NCBI GenBank assembly: GCA_964410505.1
Contig: CAYPGR010000004.1
Location: 20,576 to 84,575, forward strand
From: an uncultured Staphylococcaceae bacterium
GTDB taxonomy: Bacteria > Bacillota_I > Bacilli_A > RFN20 > CAG-826
Direction of reading: 5' to 3'
DNA: 64,000 nucleotides
Shown here: positions 28,804-39,268 of the stretch, piece by piece
How the letters are laid out: every line of letters starts with the position of its first letter
Numbering within the stretch: the first letter of the stretch is position 1
Position numbers and translations under genes: made by a program
Notes under the pieces: model-generated
Seen by the model: the letters and a program-made list of their open reading frames with translations, nothing else
What the model was told of the DNA's origin: nothing
The model's database searches: none

Positions 28804-31498
28804 GATAAAAGATTTAAAATGTCGGCTTGATGGGTGTGATATTCTTGATATCGATGACTTGCATATAAAGGGGCCCGGCCTCTATATTTTAAGTGGCCCT
28901 TCAGGATGCGGAAAAACGACATTACTCAATGTCATTGTGGGTTTAGAAAAAAGATATCAGGGGCACGTTCACGTATTTAATCGCGACTACCAAAAGATTA
29001 AAGAAAAGGATATTGTTCGCTTGCGATCGAGCCATTTTAGTATCTTCTTTCAACATAATGTTTTCCTCGAAGATTTAATGCTTAAGGATAATATTCGACT
29101 TTCTCGGGTATATAATCACAAAGATCCCCATCATCCTTTTACGCATGAAGTGAATCAATTATGTTCGCAATTAAGAATTTCAAAAGCCGCTTTTCAAAAA
29201 GTGAGTACGCTTTCTGGTGGCGAAAAAACACGAGGTGGCATTGCGCGTGCACTCTCAAAAGTTGTCCCGCTTTACATTTTTGATGAACCGACCGCTGCCC
29301 TTGACCGTGAGAATGCGGCCCAAGTGATGGAACTAATCGACATTAAGGCAAAGACGAGTATTGTGTTGTTGGTCACCCATGATACGACTTTGGCCCAAAC
29401 TCACGCAAATATTATTTATCATATGGCTTATGGACGTATTGTCAAAGAAGAAGTGGTTAAACCCGTTCTTAAAAAGGAGGTCCCTTCCGGGCAATTGATT
29501 GATTATCGCGAGAATGCGCCCGTTATTGCCCATCAGTTAATTAAAGCTAAAAAAAGTCGTCACCTCGTTACCGGGGCAAGCATCAATTTGGGATTAATTG
29601 GGATTGGTCTCTCGCTTTTATTAGTCAGTGCGGTCAATACAAAACTTGTGCAAGCTTTTAAGGGGCAATTTAATGAAGAAACAATCTATATTCGGTCATC
29701 TTTTTCACCGCAAGTAAACAAAATTCTGAGTCCATCTGACGATCAAATTAATCTAGATTTCGGCGGAAATTCGATGATTGGATCGGTCTATTTAAATAAC
29801 TTTGATCATTTCTTTCCTGATACCAATGAGTTAAAGATACATGTTGATCGTTATCAAATTCCCTTGCCTTCTTTCCATATTGGGCTTTTTAATGAGGCGT
29901 TATTTTTAGAGGAAGTGAGCTCAGATTTAAGTCCTTCAATCACGGTCCTGGCGGACGATGAGTTAGCACTTGTCTTACCGCAAGATGATTTCAAAATCAT
30001 GCAAAATATCCTCGGACTCCCTTATAAAAATAAGATTGATGATTTATCGTTTTATATTAGCCGTAACCCCGTGGTCTTAAACTTAAGTGTTGCGAATAAG
30101 TGGTGGGATTATGAGGATAATTTTAGCTATCTTTTAAAGGCTGTGATGCTCGGGAGCAAGGCTGCGATTGTGCTCAACACCCCTCATCAAGTTCGCCAAT
30201 TGTTTGAAGAGAAAATGCCCTTTCCTTCGTCATTAGATCAATTAAAGAATGAGGACTATCCGTGGATTCTTAAAAAACTTAATTATTTATTTTCTATGCG
30301 TCCGTTTGATATCTTATGGGATCCCCAAATGTATCATAAGTATCTCCCCTTTAGCGCGAATAATCGTTTTTTTACCCATCTTAGTGATAATCAGCATTTG
30401 AAGCGACGTCTATTACTTTATGAAACGCCACCGAAGTTCAATTATGTGGTGACCAGTTTTGAATCCTCTCTTTCACCCACTTTTTATACATTCAATCGTG
30501 GCCTGCACTTTATCCCTGAATTGTTGCTTTTGGGATTTCAAAATAATTTTATGATGAGTAGTGATCCTGTTCTAGTTGAGGATTTTATACGCATCGATAA
30601 AAGTTATGTTTCTGTTTTAAATCCAGAGATAAAACTGGATCCGAAAATAACGAACTTTGGCCTACATCAAAATAGTTTTGGGAGCTTTCATTTCGATAAT
30701 CTTCAAGGCTTTCATACCCTGGATAGTATTGGTATTTCTCGTGGCTTAGCCGAGCAATTATTCGGTAGTACGGATGCTCTTGGGAAAGACCTTCATGTGG
30801 GTGCGTTAATTGATGTCTATGAAGGAGAAGAAGGTTATCACAAGGAATATCAAATGATGACGCTTCGCGTTGTAGAAGTGGTTAAACATTCTGGCATAGC
30901 CATCTATCAGCATCCATTGTGGCCTTATCTTCTCTTTAAAGATAAATTTGGTGTTTCACCCTTAGCGCTTGAGTTAACGGGCGCTTTATTTGTTGATGGC
31001 ATGACTATGGATTCCTTAATATCAGGGCAGACTTATGAAATTGACCATCCTTATCGATCGTTCAAGGATACGATTGATGAAACAATCAATAACTTAAAGC
31101 GTTACACAACGATGGTAGCGTTGGGATCTTTTTTATTAAGTGTCCTCATTATTTTCGTGGTCATATATTTACTCATTTCTGAGACGAATGATCAGTTCAG
31201 CGGTCTTTATTTAATGGGCTATCCAAAAGAAGCCATACAAGATGTGGTCACACATTATATTGTCACATTCATCTCGGTGATTTTGATGATCGCTTTGATA
31301 CAGCTTTTCATCCTGTCGCTTGTGATTGAGTTCATCTTAATGGATTTTTTAAAGATCTCTTTTCACTACTCGTTCCATTACCAACCTTATCTTTGGGTAT
31401 TGGTCCTGACGATGATGGTGTTAATAGGGACGCTTTTTTACTTTAAATGGCTAATGAAAGACCATGATCTCTTACAATTTTCGAAACGTGATTTATAA
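28796..31498 (+). CDS. Fused ABC ATPase + FtsX/MacB-type permease (900 aa) with ~480-aa extracytoplasmic domain
   Basis: N-terminal NBD (GPSGCGKTT, LSGGEKTRGGIARAL, IFDEPTAALD), TM1, a large external domain and three C-terminal TMs. It overlaps the upstream permease gene by 8 nt. Confidence 0.75.
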   Translation: MLKIKDLKCRLDGCDILDIDDLHIKGPGLYILSGPSGCGKTTLLNVIVGLEKRYQGHVHVFNRDYQKIKEKDIVRLRSSHFSIFFQHNVFLEDLMLKDNIRLSRVYNHKDPHHPFTHEVNQLCSQLRISKAAFQKVSTLSGGEKTRGGIARALSKVVPLYIFDEPTAALDRENAAQVMELIDIKAKTSIVLLVTHDTTLAQTHANIIYHMAYGRIVKEEVVKPVLKKEVPSGQLIDYRENAPVIAHQLIKAKKSRHLVTGASINLGLIGIGLSLLLVSAVNTKLVQAFKGQFNEETIYIRSSFSPQVNKILSPSDDQINLDFGGNSMIGSVYLNNFDHFFPDTNELKIHVDRYQIPLPSFHIGLFNEALFLEEVSSDLSPSITVLADDELALVLPQDDFKIMQNILGLPYKNKIDDLSFYISRNPVVLNLSVANKWWDYEDNFSYLLKAVMLGSKAAIVLNTPHQVRQLFEEKMPFPSSLDQLKNEDYPWILKKLNYLFSMRPFDILWDPQMYHKYLPFSANNRFFTHLSDNQHLKRRLLLYETPPKFNYVVTSFESSLSPTFYTFNRGLHFIPELLLLGFQNNFMMSSDPVLVEDFIRIDKSYVSVLNPEIKLDPKITNFGLHQNSFGSFHFDNLQGFHTLDSIGISRGLAEQLFGSTDALGKDLHVGALIDVYEGEEGYHKEYQMMTLRVVEVVKHSGIAIYQHPLWPYLLFKDKFGVSPLALELTGALFVDGMTMDSLISGQTYEIDHPYRSFKDTIDETINNLKRYTTMVALGSFLLSVLIIFVVIYLLISETNDQFSGLYLMGYPKEAIQDVVTHYIVTFISVILMIALIQLFILSLVIEFILMDFLKISFHYSFHYQPYLWVLVLTMMVLIGTLFYFKWLMKDHDLLQFSKRDL

Positions 31499-31674
31499 AA
31501 ATGAGTGAATTTCATTCAAATATCGTCGATTTTTGATGTTTTATTGACCAATTTATTATAATTTTTAACCATTTTGAGAATATCGTACATTCTTGTTGTT
31601 ATTTTATAATTAGTTGTTATAATGAATGAGTGTTTACAACACAAATAGACTAATAAGTCATGGAAGGATTACCG

Positions 31675-31872
31675 ATGAAGGGCACTATTAAAATGTTCAA
31701 CAAGGAAAAAGGCTTTGGATTTATCCACGCCGAAGACGGCACTGATGTCTTTTTCCACTACTCATCACTCGTTATGGACGGTTTCAAAACCATCACTAAC
31801 GGTGAACAAGTCGAATTTACTTTAGAACAATCAGATCGCGGACCAAGAGCTGCGAAAATTGTTAAGTTATAA
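31675..31872 (+). CDS. cspA: Cold-shock protein (CspA family)
   Basis: MKGTIKMFNKEKGFGFI... with RNP motifs. GGAAGGA RBS. A long AT-rich 5' leader is typical of csp genes. Confidence 0.9.
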   Translation: MKGTIKMFNKEKGFGFIHAEDGTDVFFHYSSLVMDGFKTITNGEQVEFTLEQSDRGPRAAKIVKL

Positions 31873-31892
31873 TTTAGCTTTGTGAGTTTCTA

Positions 31893-31920
31893 AAAGCCCA
31901 TCTGAAGAGGTGGGCTTTTT
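31893..31920 (+). terminator. Rho-independent terminator after cspA
   Basis: AAGCCCATCTGAAGAGGTGGGCTTTTT. Confidence 0.5.
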
Positions 31921-32014
31921 CATTTCTTATTTCAAAAACACATTTGCTTTTGTTATCGTTCTTTATTGCTTATATGTAATATAAGTAATATAATACTACG
32001 GAAAGCGAGGGTAT

Positions 32015-33130
32015 ATGGCATTAAGTGTAGGCATTGTAGGGTTACCAAATGTTGGAAAGTCAACACTTTTTAACGCCTTGACCTCGAGTAAAGTTGAAGC
32101 TGCAAACTATCCTTTTGCGACCATTAACCCCAACAAAGGCATCGTCCGGGTTTTGGACCCAAGAGTGAAGGTACTTTCTGAACATTTTTTACCTGAAAAA
32201 ACAATTTATGCAACGATTGAATTTAATGATATTGCTGGTCTTGTGCGCGGTGCAAACCGTGGCGAAGGGCTCGGTAATCAGTTTTTAGGTCATATTCGGG
32301 AATGTGATGTGATACTTCAGGTCGTACGCTGTTTTGGTGACAGTGATATTATTCACGTTGAAAACAGTGTGGATGCTGAACGTGATATTGGCATTATTAA
32401 CCTAGAGTTAATCTTTAAAGATCTCGATACCCTTTATAAACGCAAGGGAAAAGTGGAAACCAAAGCCCGTGTCAATAAAGAAAAAGAAGCAATGTTTGAG
32501 TTAGATATTTTAAATACCTTAATTCCGGCCCTTGAAAATGAAACCCCTGCTCGTTTAGTCAAGGATCTCAATAATATCGAACGCGCTTTTGTGAAAGCAA
32601 ATTATGGACTTTTAACATTTAAGCCAGTTATTTATGTGGCTAATATTAGTGATACTGAATACCAAAGTTTTGAATCAAATGAGCAATATAGAAAAGTAAA
32701 AGCCATTGCGAGTCGTGAACATGCTGAAGTGGTGGCGATTAGCGCTGCGATTGAGGCGGAAATTGCGAGTATGACAAGTAGCGAACAAGAACTTTATTTT
32801 GCTGAACTTGGGATTGATAAATCAGGTCTAAATAAAATTAGTGAAGTGGCGTATAAAACGCTTGGTTTACTAAGTTTCTTCACGGTTGGTAAAGATGAAG
32901 TACGGGCTTGGACTTTTCTTGAGGGGATGACGGCACCGCAATGTGCCGGTGTCATTCACAGTGACTTCGAGCGCGGTTTTATCCGAGCGGATGTTTATCA
33001 TTATGAAGACTTTCTTAAGTATCGGGATGAAGTAAAAGTTAAAGAAGCCGGAAAAATGCGAAGTGAAGGAAAAGAATACTTAATGAAAGATGGCGATATC
33101 GTATTTTTTAAGTTTAATGTTAAAAAATAG
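32015..33130 (+). CDS. ychF: Ribosome-binding ATPase YchF
   Basis: GIVGLPNVGKSTLFNALT and a C-terminal TGS domain, 371 aa. A TTGCTT-17-TATAAT promoter lies upstream. Confidence 0.9.
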   Translation: MALSVGIVGLPNVGKSTLFNALTSSKVEAANYPFATINPNKGIVRVLDPRVKVLSEHFLPEKTIYATIEFNDIAGLVRGANRGEGLGNQFLGHIRECDVILQVVRCFGDSDIIHVENSVDAERDIGIINLELIFKDLDTLYKRKGKVETKARVNKEKEAMFELDILNTLIPALENETPARLVKDLNNIERAFVKANYGLLTFKPVIYVANISDTEYQSFESNEQYRKVKAIASREHAEVVAISAAIEAEIASMTSSEQELYFAELGIDKSGLNKISEVAYKTLGLLSFFTVGKDEVRAWTFLEGMTAPQCAGVIHSDFERGFIRADVYHYEDFLKYRDEVKVKEAGKMRSEGKEYLMKDGDIVFFKFNVKK

Positions 33131-33187
33131 ATATTTATTCTTTAATTTATACTATGTATAAAGTATACTAATTAATTGGGGAAACGA

Positions 33188-34807
33188 ATGATTGAAAACT
33201 ATTTACAAACTTTAGTTAAAGACGCAGCGGAACAACTGGGTCTTTCATTATCGGTTTCTCAGGTTGTCATTGAAACAAGCAAAGACGCCGCTCATGGAGA
33301 CTATGCAACGAATATTGCGATGCAACTTTCACGGCAGTTACGAAAAAACCCACGTGAGGTTGCAAGTCAATTAATCGCCCGTCTTGATCAATCAAAGATG
33401 GAAAAAATCGAAATTGCGGGACCTGGTTTTATTAATTTTTTCTTAAAACCAAGTGCCTTGACCCAATATATTCCGCTCATCATTGAACAAGGTGAAAACT
33501 TTGGCAATGGTGCTAAACAACAAAAAACTGTCAATATCGAATTTGTCAGTGCGAACCCAACGGGAAAACTCCATTTAGGCCATGCGCGCGGTGCATCGGT
33601 TGGCGATTCTCTAGCGCGGCTCTTTACGAAAAGTGGTTACGAAGTTATCAAAGAGTTTTATGTCAATGATGCCGGCGTTCAAATTAACAATCTCGGGCAT
33701 TCACTTTATACCCGTTATCTTAATCTTCTTGGTATCAATAAAGCGATGCCTGAAAATGGTTATTTTAGCGAAGATTTAATTGCCATTGCTCAAATGTTAA
33801 TGGATGAAGTAGGGGATGCCTATAAAGAAGAAAATGACACCAGTTTAGAATTTTTCAAATCGAGAGGTTCAAGCATTTTCCTCGATATTATTCGCCAAGA
33901 TCTCGCTGCTTTTAAAGTAATTTTTGATGTGTATTCATTTGAATCAAAAGTAAAAGAAAAAGATGCCATTAGTAGATTACTTACAAAGTTAGCGCCTTAT
34001 ACTTATGTGGAAGAAGGGGCAACCTTTCTAAGAACAACCCAATTTGGTGACGATAAAGACCGTGTCATTATTAAATCAAATGGCGAGCATACATACTTTT
34101 TACCGGATATTGTTTATCATCTTGATAAATTAGGTCGTAAAGCGGATTTATTAATAGACGTTTTGGGAGCTGATCATCACGGTTATATTGGCCGAATGAA
34201 ATCAGCACTTCAAATGTTTGGCTATGGTCCAGAAACTCTGGAAGTTCAAATTATCCAAATGGTCCGTATTATCAAGGACGGCGAAGAATTAAAAATGAGC
34301 AAGCGTACGGGGAATGCGATTACCCTTGAAGAATTAATTGCCGAAGTCGGTGTTGACGCGGCCCGTTATTTCTTTATTGCCAAATCGGCTTCAACCCATT
34401 TTGATTTTGATCTTAATTTAGCCCAGGAAAGAACAAGTGCCAATCCTGTTTATTATGCCCAATATGCACATGCGCGTCTCAGTGCCGTCTTAAGTAAGGG
34501 CACGATTTATCCATTAGATACAAGTGGCAATGGTTTACATACCGCCGAGGAATTAAGTTTAGTGAAGCAACTTATTGCTTATCCCGGGGTAGTACTTGAT
34601 GCAACCACAACAAGAGAACCATACAAGGTTGCTAATTATATTCAAAAATTAGCGAGTTTAGTCCATAGTTATTACACAGAAGTTCGTATTCTTGATGACA
34701 CCAACCCACTTTTAACAAGTGCACGATTAGGGTTATCAAAAGCGACTCAAATTATTTTAAAAGATGCATTATCACTCCTCGGTGTTAGTGCCCCTATATC
34801 AATGTAA
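33188..34807 (+). CDS. argS: Arginine--tRNA ligase
   Basis: Class I HIGH-type motif PTGKLHLGHARG and KMSKR-like KMSKRTG, ~540 aa. Confidence 0.9.
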   Translation: MIENYLQTLVKDAAEQLGLSLSVSQVVIETSKDAAHGDYATNIAMQLSRQLRKNPREVASQLIARLDQSKMEKIEIAGPGFINFFLKPSALTQYIPLIIEQGENFGNGAKQQKTVNIEFVSANPTGKLHLGHARGASVGDSLARLFTKSGYEVIKEFYVNDAGVQINNLGHSLYTRYLNLLGINKAMPENGYFSEDLIAIAQMLMDEVGDAYKEENDTSLEFFKSRGSSIFLDIIRQDLAAFKVIFDVYSFESKVKEKDAISRLLTKLAPYTYVEEGATFLRTTQFGDDKDRVIIKSNGEHTYFLPDIVYHLDKLGRKADLLIDVLGADHHGYIGRMKSALQMFGYGPETLEVQIIQMVRIIKDGEELKMSKRTGNAITLEELIAEVGVDAARYFFIAKSASTHFDFDLNLAQERTSANPVYYAQYAHARLSAVLSKGTIYPLDTSGNGLHTAEELSLVKQLIAYPGVVLDATTTREPYKVANYIQKLASLVHSYYTEVRILDDTNPLLTSARLGLSKATQIILKDALSLLGVSAPISM

Positions 34808-34819
34808 AGGAGAAAACAT

Positions 34820-35203
34820 ATGAGAAAACGGACAAATATTGAAATCGCCTACGATTTACTAAAAGAAAAAGGAACCGCCCTTCCCTTTTATGAATTATGG
34901 CAAAAGATCGTTAACGAACATGAATACAGTGAAGCACAAGGTCACGATATGATTTCGAAGTTTTATACTTCCCTTCTTATGGATGGTCGCTTTGTTAATC
35001 TCGGTGACAACACATGGGAATTACGGGAACGCGTCTTATTTGATGACATCGCCCTTCCTTTAAGTGAAGTCTATACAGATCTTGAAGAAACCGAAGAAGA
35101 TGATGAAGATGAAGCCCCAGAAATTTTATACTTTGATGATGAATCTACTGAAATTGACCCCGAAAAAGAATTAAAAACAATCGTTTTAACCGAAGATGAA
35201 TAA
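34820..35203 (+). CDS. rpoE: RNA polymerase delta subunit
   Basis: N-terminal HARE-HTH-like domain followed by a highly acidic C-terminal tail (EETEEDDEDEAPE...). Confidence 0.7.
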   Translation: MRKRTNIEIAYDLLKEKGTALPFYELWQKIVNEHEYSEAQGHDMISKFYTSLLMDGRFVNLGDNTWELRERVLFDDIALPLSEVYTDLEETEEDDEDEAPEILYFDDESTEIDPEKELKTIVLTEDE

Positions 35204-35224
35204 CCATTAGAAAGAGGAATTATT

Positions 35225-36082
35225 ATGCCATTAGTTAGTATGAAAGAAATGCTCATTAGAGCAAATAAAGAAAAATACGCTGTTGCTCAATTTAACACCA
35301 ACAACTTAGAATGGACCATCGCCATTCTTGATGAAGTCGAAGCTTTAAAAGCACCTGTGATTATTGGTGTTAGTGAAGGCGCCGCCAAACATATGGGAGG
35401 TTTTAATGTCATCGTCCATATGATTAAAGGGTTAATTAAGGATCGCGGATATACCATTCCGATCGCCATTCACCTTGACCATGGTAGTAGTGAAGAAGTA
35501 TGTAAAAAAGCGATTGACGCAGGATTTACATCTGTCATGATTGACGCCAGTCACCACCCATTTAAAGAAAACTTAGAAATTACCAAACGGGTAGTGGCTT
35601 ATGCCCATGCCCATGGCGTTAGCGTTGAAAGTGAACTTGGAAGCATTGGCGGTCAAGAAGAACATGTCATTGCTGAAACCATGTATGCTAACCCAAATGA
35701 ATGTTTAGAAATGGTCCAAACCACTGGGATTGATTGCTTAGCCCCAGCCCTTGGCAGTGTCCATGGTCCCTACCAAGGCGAACCAAAACTTGGTTTTGAT
35801 GAAATGGAAAATATCAATAAGCTGTGCGGTGTCCCACTGGTTCTTCATGGCGGTAGCGGTATTCCTGATTTCCAAATTAAAAAAGCAATTGCCCGTGGCA
35901 CTGCAAAAATTAATGTTAATACGGAATGTCAACAAGCTTTTACGAAGGCAGTGAGAGAAGTCTTAAGTGCAGACGCAAAAGTTTATGACCCACGTAAATA
36001 TATCGTTCCAGGAATGAAAGGCATCAAAGCCGTAGTTCGTGAAAAATGCGAAATTTTCGGTTGTGTTGGTAAAGCGGCATAG
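35225..36082 (+). CDS. fba: Fructose-bisphosphate aldolase, class II
   Basis: ...[15 protein letters not shown]...HLDHG...LHGGSG... in a 285-aa protein. Confidence 0.9.
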   Translation: MPLVSMKEMLIRANKEKYAVAQFNTNNLEWTIAILDEVEALKAPVIIGVSEGAAKHMGGFNVIVHMIKGLIKDRGYTIPIAIHLDHGSSEEVCKKAIDAGFTSVMIDASHHPFKENLEITKRVVAYAHAHGVSVESELGSIGGQEEHVIAETMYANPNECLEMVQTTGIDCLAPALGSVHGPYQGEPKLGFDEMENINKLCGVPLVLHGGSGIPDFQIKKAIARGTAKINVNTECQQAFTKAVREVLSADAKVYDPRKYIVPGMKGIKAVVREKCEIFGCVGKAA

Positions 36083-36084
36083 TT

Positions 36085-37017
36085 GTGTTTAGTGCCTTAA
36101 AAGAATTTATCGAGCGTCACGAAACCATTACTATTTTTTCTCATGTCTATCCCGATGGTGATGCGCTTGGCAGCATTGTTGGGCTCCAAGAATTAATCAA
36201 GACTAATTATCCATCGAAAACCGTTTATGGAATAGGGGCTGTCGTTGCCCCTTTTTCACAAATTATTGGCGAATTAGACGTGATTGGTGATGACCTGATT
36301 AAGAATAGTGGCGCGCTCGTAATTGATGTTGCAAATGGTGACCGGGTATTTGATCAACGGTTTAAGCTTGCCAAAGAATCCTTTAAACTCGACCACCATC
36401 TGTTTGTGGAAAAGTTTACAAATGATGAACTTGTGATTACGAATCGCATTGCGACGGCTGAAATTATTGGCGAGTTTATGATTGCCGAGAACTTAAAAAT
36501 TAATCCCCTTGGTGCCACGGCCCTTCTTTTGGGCATCATCACCGATTCAGGACGTTTTATGTATGATCTAACGTCCGTGATTACCTTTGAAGTCGTTGCG
36601 CGACTAATGGCATTTCACGCGGATTTAAAACTTATCAATTCCGTTTTATCACAGCGGAAAATTGATGGTTTAAAACCCCGTGGCCATTTTATGCTAAATT
36701 ATGAAACTTATGAAAATGTGATTTATATTATTGTTGATAACCCAACGCTTAAAGCGTTCAATATTGCCCCAAATCAAGGAAGTATGTTTGTTAACACTTA
36801 TGCTGGGATTGAAGGTTATGACTCTTGGGCAACCTTCTTAATTGAAGAAAATGGTGCCGTCTTTGTTGAGTTACGTTCAAGATCCCGCAATGTGCAAAAA
36901 GTGGCAACGACCTTTGGTGGTGGCGGCCATTTAAAAGCGAGTGGTTGTCGTTTAGAAAATAGAGCCAAGATTGACGATGTCATCCAAGCTCTTTCGAAAG
37001 CCGAGGATTTAAATTAA
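36085..37017 (+). CDS. nrnA: DHH/DHHA1 phosphoesterase NrnA (oligoribonuclease / pAp phosphatase)
   Basis: DHH motifs HVYPDGDALGS...DHH and a C-terminal GGGH. GTG start. Confidence 0.8.
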   Translation: MFSALKEFIERHETITIFSHVYPDGDALGSIVGLQELIKTNYPSKTVYGIGAVVAPFSQIIGELDVIGDDLIKNSGALVIDVANGDRVFDQRFKLAKESFKLDHHLFVEKFTNDELVITNRIATAEIIGEFMIAENLKINPLGATALLLGIITDSGRFMYDLTSVITFEVVARLMAFHADLKLINSVLSQRKIDGLKPRGHFMLNYETYENVIYIIVDNPTLKAFNIAPNQGSMFVNTYAGIEGYDSWATFLIEENGAVFVELRSRSRNVQKVATTFGGGGHLKASGCRLENRAKIDDVIQALSKAEDLN

Positions 37018-37796
37018 TGTACAAACGTGAAATTGAAGCGGCGATTAAGGCAGGCCTTATCGCTAAAGATATTATTATGCACTATTATCGTTCCACTTTT
37101 GAAGTGGAAATTAAAGATGACCAGTCCCCAGTAACAATTGCCGATCAAGAAGCGGATCTAGCAATCCGTCAATATCTTGCCCCTCTTTTTCCAAATTATC
37201 ATTTCTTAACGGAAGAAGGCGTCGATAATTTGGAGCGCTTAACGGCCGATTATGTATGGATTATCGATCCACTTGATGGGACAAAAGATTTTATCAATCG
37301 TGATGATGAATTTACGACATGTATTGCGCTTTCTTATCAAGGTGAAATCGTTGTAGGGGTGATTGTCGCCCCGGTGACGGGCCGTGTCTTCTTCGCTAGT
37401 AAAAATGGCGGTAGTTTTGAACGACTCCCAAATGGCGAAAATCGTCGTTTACAGGTGAGTGACAGGACCCAAAACATTACCATCTCAGCTTCACGCTATC
37501 ACCGTCGCCCGATTGAAAATGATTACCTTGAACGGAATAAGGATTTATTCGCGAAGGTGGTCACGCTTGGCTCAACCTTAAAGGCCATTGCGATTGCGAG
37601 CGGGGAAATCGAAATGTTTTATCGCGGCAGTGCCGGTACCAAAGAATGGGATGTGGCTGCTGCCGATATTATTGTGACTGAAGCAGGAGGACTCTTTATC
37701 GAGCCCGATGGTAGTAAAATAAAATATAACAAAAAAGATGTCCAAAATCGAAAAGGTTATATCATTGTTAATCGTAAGGAGAATATTCGTTTATGA
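37017..37796 (+). CDS. Inositol-monophosphatase-family / CysQ-like 3'(2'),5'-bisphosphate nucleotidase
   Basis: IMPase motif WIIDPLDGTKDF. Start overlaps the nrnA stop (TAATG). Confidence 0.75.
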   Translation: MYKREIEAAIKAGLIAKDIIMHYYRSTFEVEIKDDQSPVTIADQEADLAIRQYLAPLFPNYHFLTEEGVDNLERLTADYVWIIDPLDGTKDFINRDDEFTTCIALSYQGEIVVGVIVAPVTGRVFFASKNGGSFERLPNGENRRLQVSDRTQNITISASRYHRRPIENDYLERNKDLFAKVVTLGSTLKAIAIASGEIEMFYRGSAGTKEWDVAAADIIVTEAGGLFIEPDGSKIKYNKKDVQNRKGYIIVNRKENIRL

Positions 37797-39268
37797 AGTT
37801 AAGACGATTCGTACTATTCCCGCTTTTAGCCATCGTGCTCATTAGTTGCAATCGTCATACATCAAGCGAACCAATCAGTGTTCCGCTTACGTATGATGTT
37901 TATCAAGATGAAGAATATAGTGCTGTCGTGGATGAAGAAGGTTTTACGCTTATCGATTTCTATGGCTTAAATGATTATCATGGGGCACTTGAATATAATG
38001 TTGAAGATCGGATGCCGGGTATTGCGCGCCTCAACCAATTTTTAAAAACGGAGCGGGATAAAAATCCGGGTGGCACTGTCTTAATTGCTAATGGTGATAT
38101 GTGGCAAGGAAGTGCCGATTCGAACATGACAAGAGGCAAGATTGTTAATCACGCCTTAAATCATATGGGATTTGCAGCCTTAACGCTTGGTAATCACGAA
38201 TTTGACTGGGGAATCGATCTTATTAAAGCAAATAAACTTGATTCAAATTTCCCATACCTTGGTTCAAATATTATCGACAAAGAGTCACGTGAAGTGATTG
38301 ACTTTGTTGATCCATCGCCGCTGATTGAACGCGATGGCGTTAAAATTGGGATTATCGGAACGATGGGAAGTGATTTAAAAACAACCATCCAAACAAGTTA
38401 CGTTGAAGATCTCGAATTTGATATTTTAACGACCTATGTTGAAAGCGAAGCCGCGCGGTTACGGGAAGCAGGTGCGAACTTAATTATGCTGGCGGCCCAT
38501 GATACGTGGGTATCTAACCTCACACCAGACCGCCGGTCGTTAGTCGATGAAAAAATTGTTGATGTGGTCTTTACAGGCCATCAACATGCCCTCGACAAAC
38601 AACTCGTTAACGGCGTGCCCATTCTTCAAACAAGAGGTCGAGGACGCGATGTCATGCACGCGCAACTTGGGTATAATAAACTCACCCAGGAAGTCAAACT
38701 TGTAAGCAGCGACGTGATTGAAAATATTCATGAAAAAGAACTAATAGAAGATGAAGTGAGTGCCTACATCTATAACTATTTCTATGAGCAATATGGCATT
38801 GAAGCGATCAAGAACGAAGTTTTAGGGACGCTGATAAATAAAGATATGACAAGAAGTTCAGTCGCCAAACTGGTCGTTGAAGCGATGACCAAAGCTTATC
38901 CTACTGCGGTTGGAGCCCTTCACAATGTTAATGGCGGTATTCGCGCTGAATTTAGCGTGGGAGACATTACGTATAACGATGTTTATAGTGCTTTCCCGTT
39001 TGATAATGAACTATATTTAATTACACTTTCGGGGCGTCGATTACAAAGCCTCATGAGCGCTAGTGGAAACTTTGCCTACTACTTTACCCTTGGGTATGAG
39101 GATGTTGATCCAAGTGCGATGTATCAAGTAGTCACCATTAGTTTTGTTTACGAACTTAATGGTTCACCCGTTAGCGGCCTACCCTACGAAAATATGTTTA
39201 CATATCCACGCGATATCGTCGCTGATTTTATCCGTGTTAATGAAGTTATAGATGGGAATCAATATTAA
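37793..39268 (+). CDS. Lipoprotein, bifunctional metallophosphatase/5'-nucleotidase family
   Basis: Lipobox LISC, metallophosphatase motif GNHEFD and a 5'-nucleotidase C-terminal domain, 491 aa. Confidence 0.8.
   Translation: MKLRRFVLFPLLAIVLISCNRHTSSEPISVPLTYDVYQDEEYSAVVDEEGFTLIDFYGLNDYHGALEYNVEDRMPGIARLNQFLKTERDKNPGGTVLIANGDMWQGSADSNMTRGKIVNHALNHMGFAALTLGNHEFDWGIDLIKANKLDSNFPYLGSNIIDKESREVIDFVDPSPLIERDGVKIGIIGTMGSDLKTTIQTSYVEDLEFDILTTYVESEAARLREAGANLIMLAAHDTWVSNLTPDRRSLVDEKIVDVVFTGHQHALDKQLVNGVPILQTRGRGRDVMHAQLGYNKLTQEVKLVSSDVIENIHEKELIEDEVSAYIYNYFYEQYGIEAIKNEVLGTLINKDMTRSSVAKLVVEAMTKAYPTAVGALHNVNGGIRAEFSVGDITYNDVYSAFPFDNELYLITLSGRRLQSLMSASGNFAYYFTLGYEDVDPSAMYQVVTISFVYELNGSPVSGLPYENMFTYPRDIVADFIRVNEVIDGNQY

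Noticed and set aside
33131-33187. Possible T-box leader upstream of argS
   Set aside because: Only 57 nt of AT-rich spacer are present. There is no specifier loop or T-box consensus (AATTAGGGTGGTACCGCG-like) sequence.
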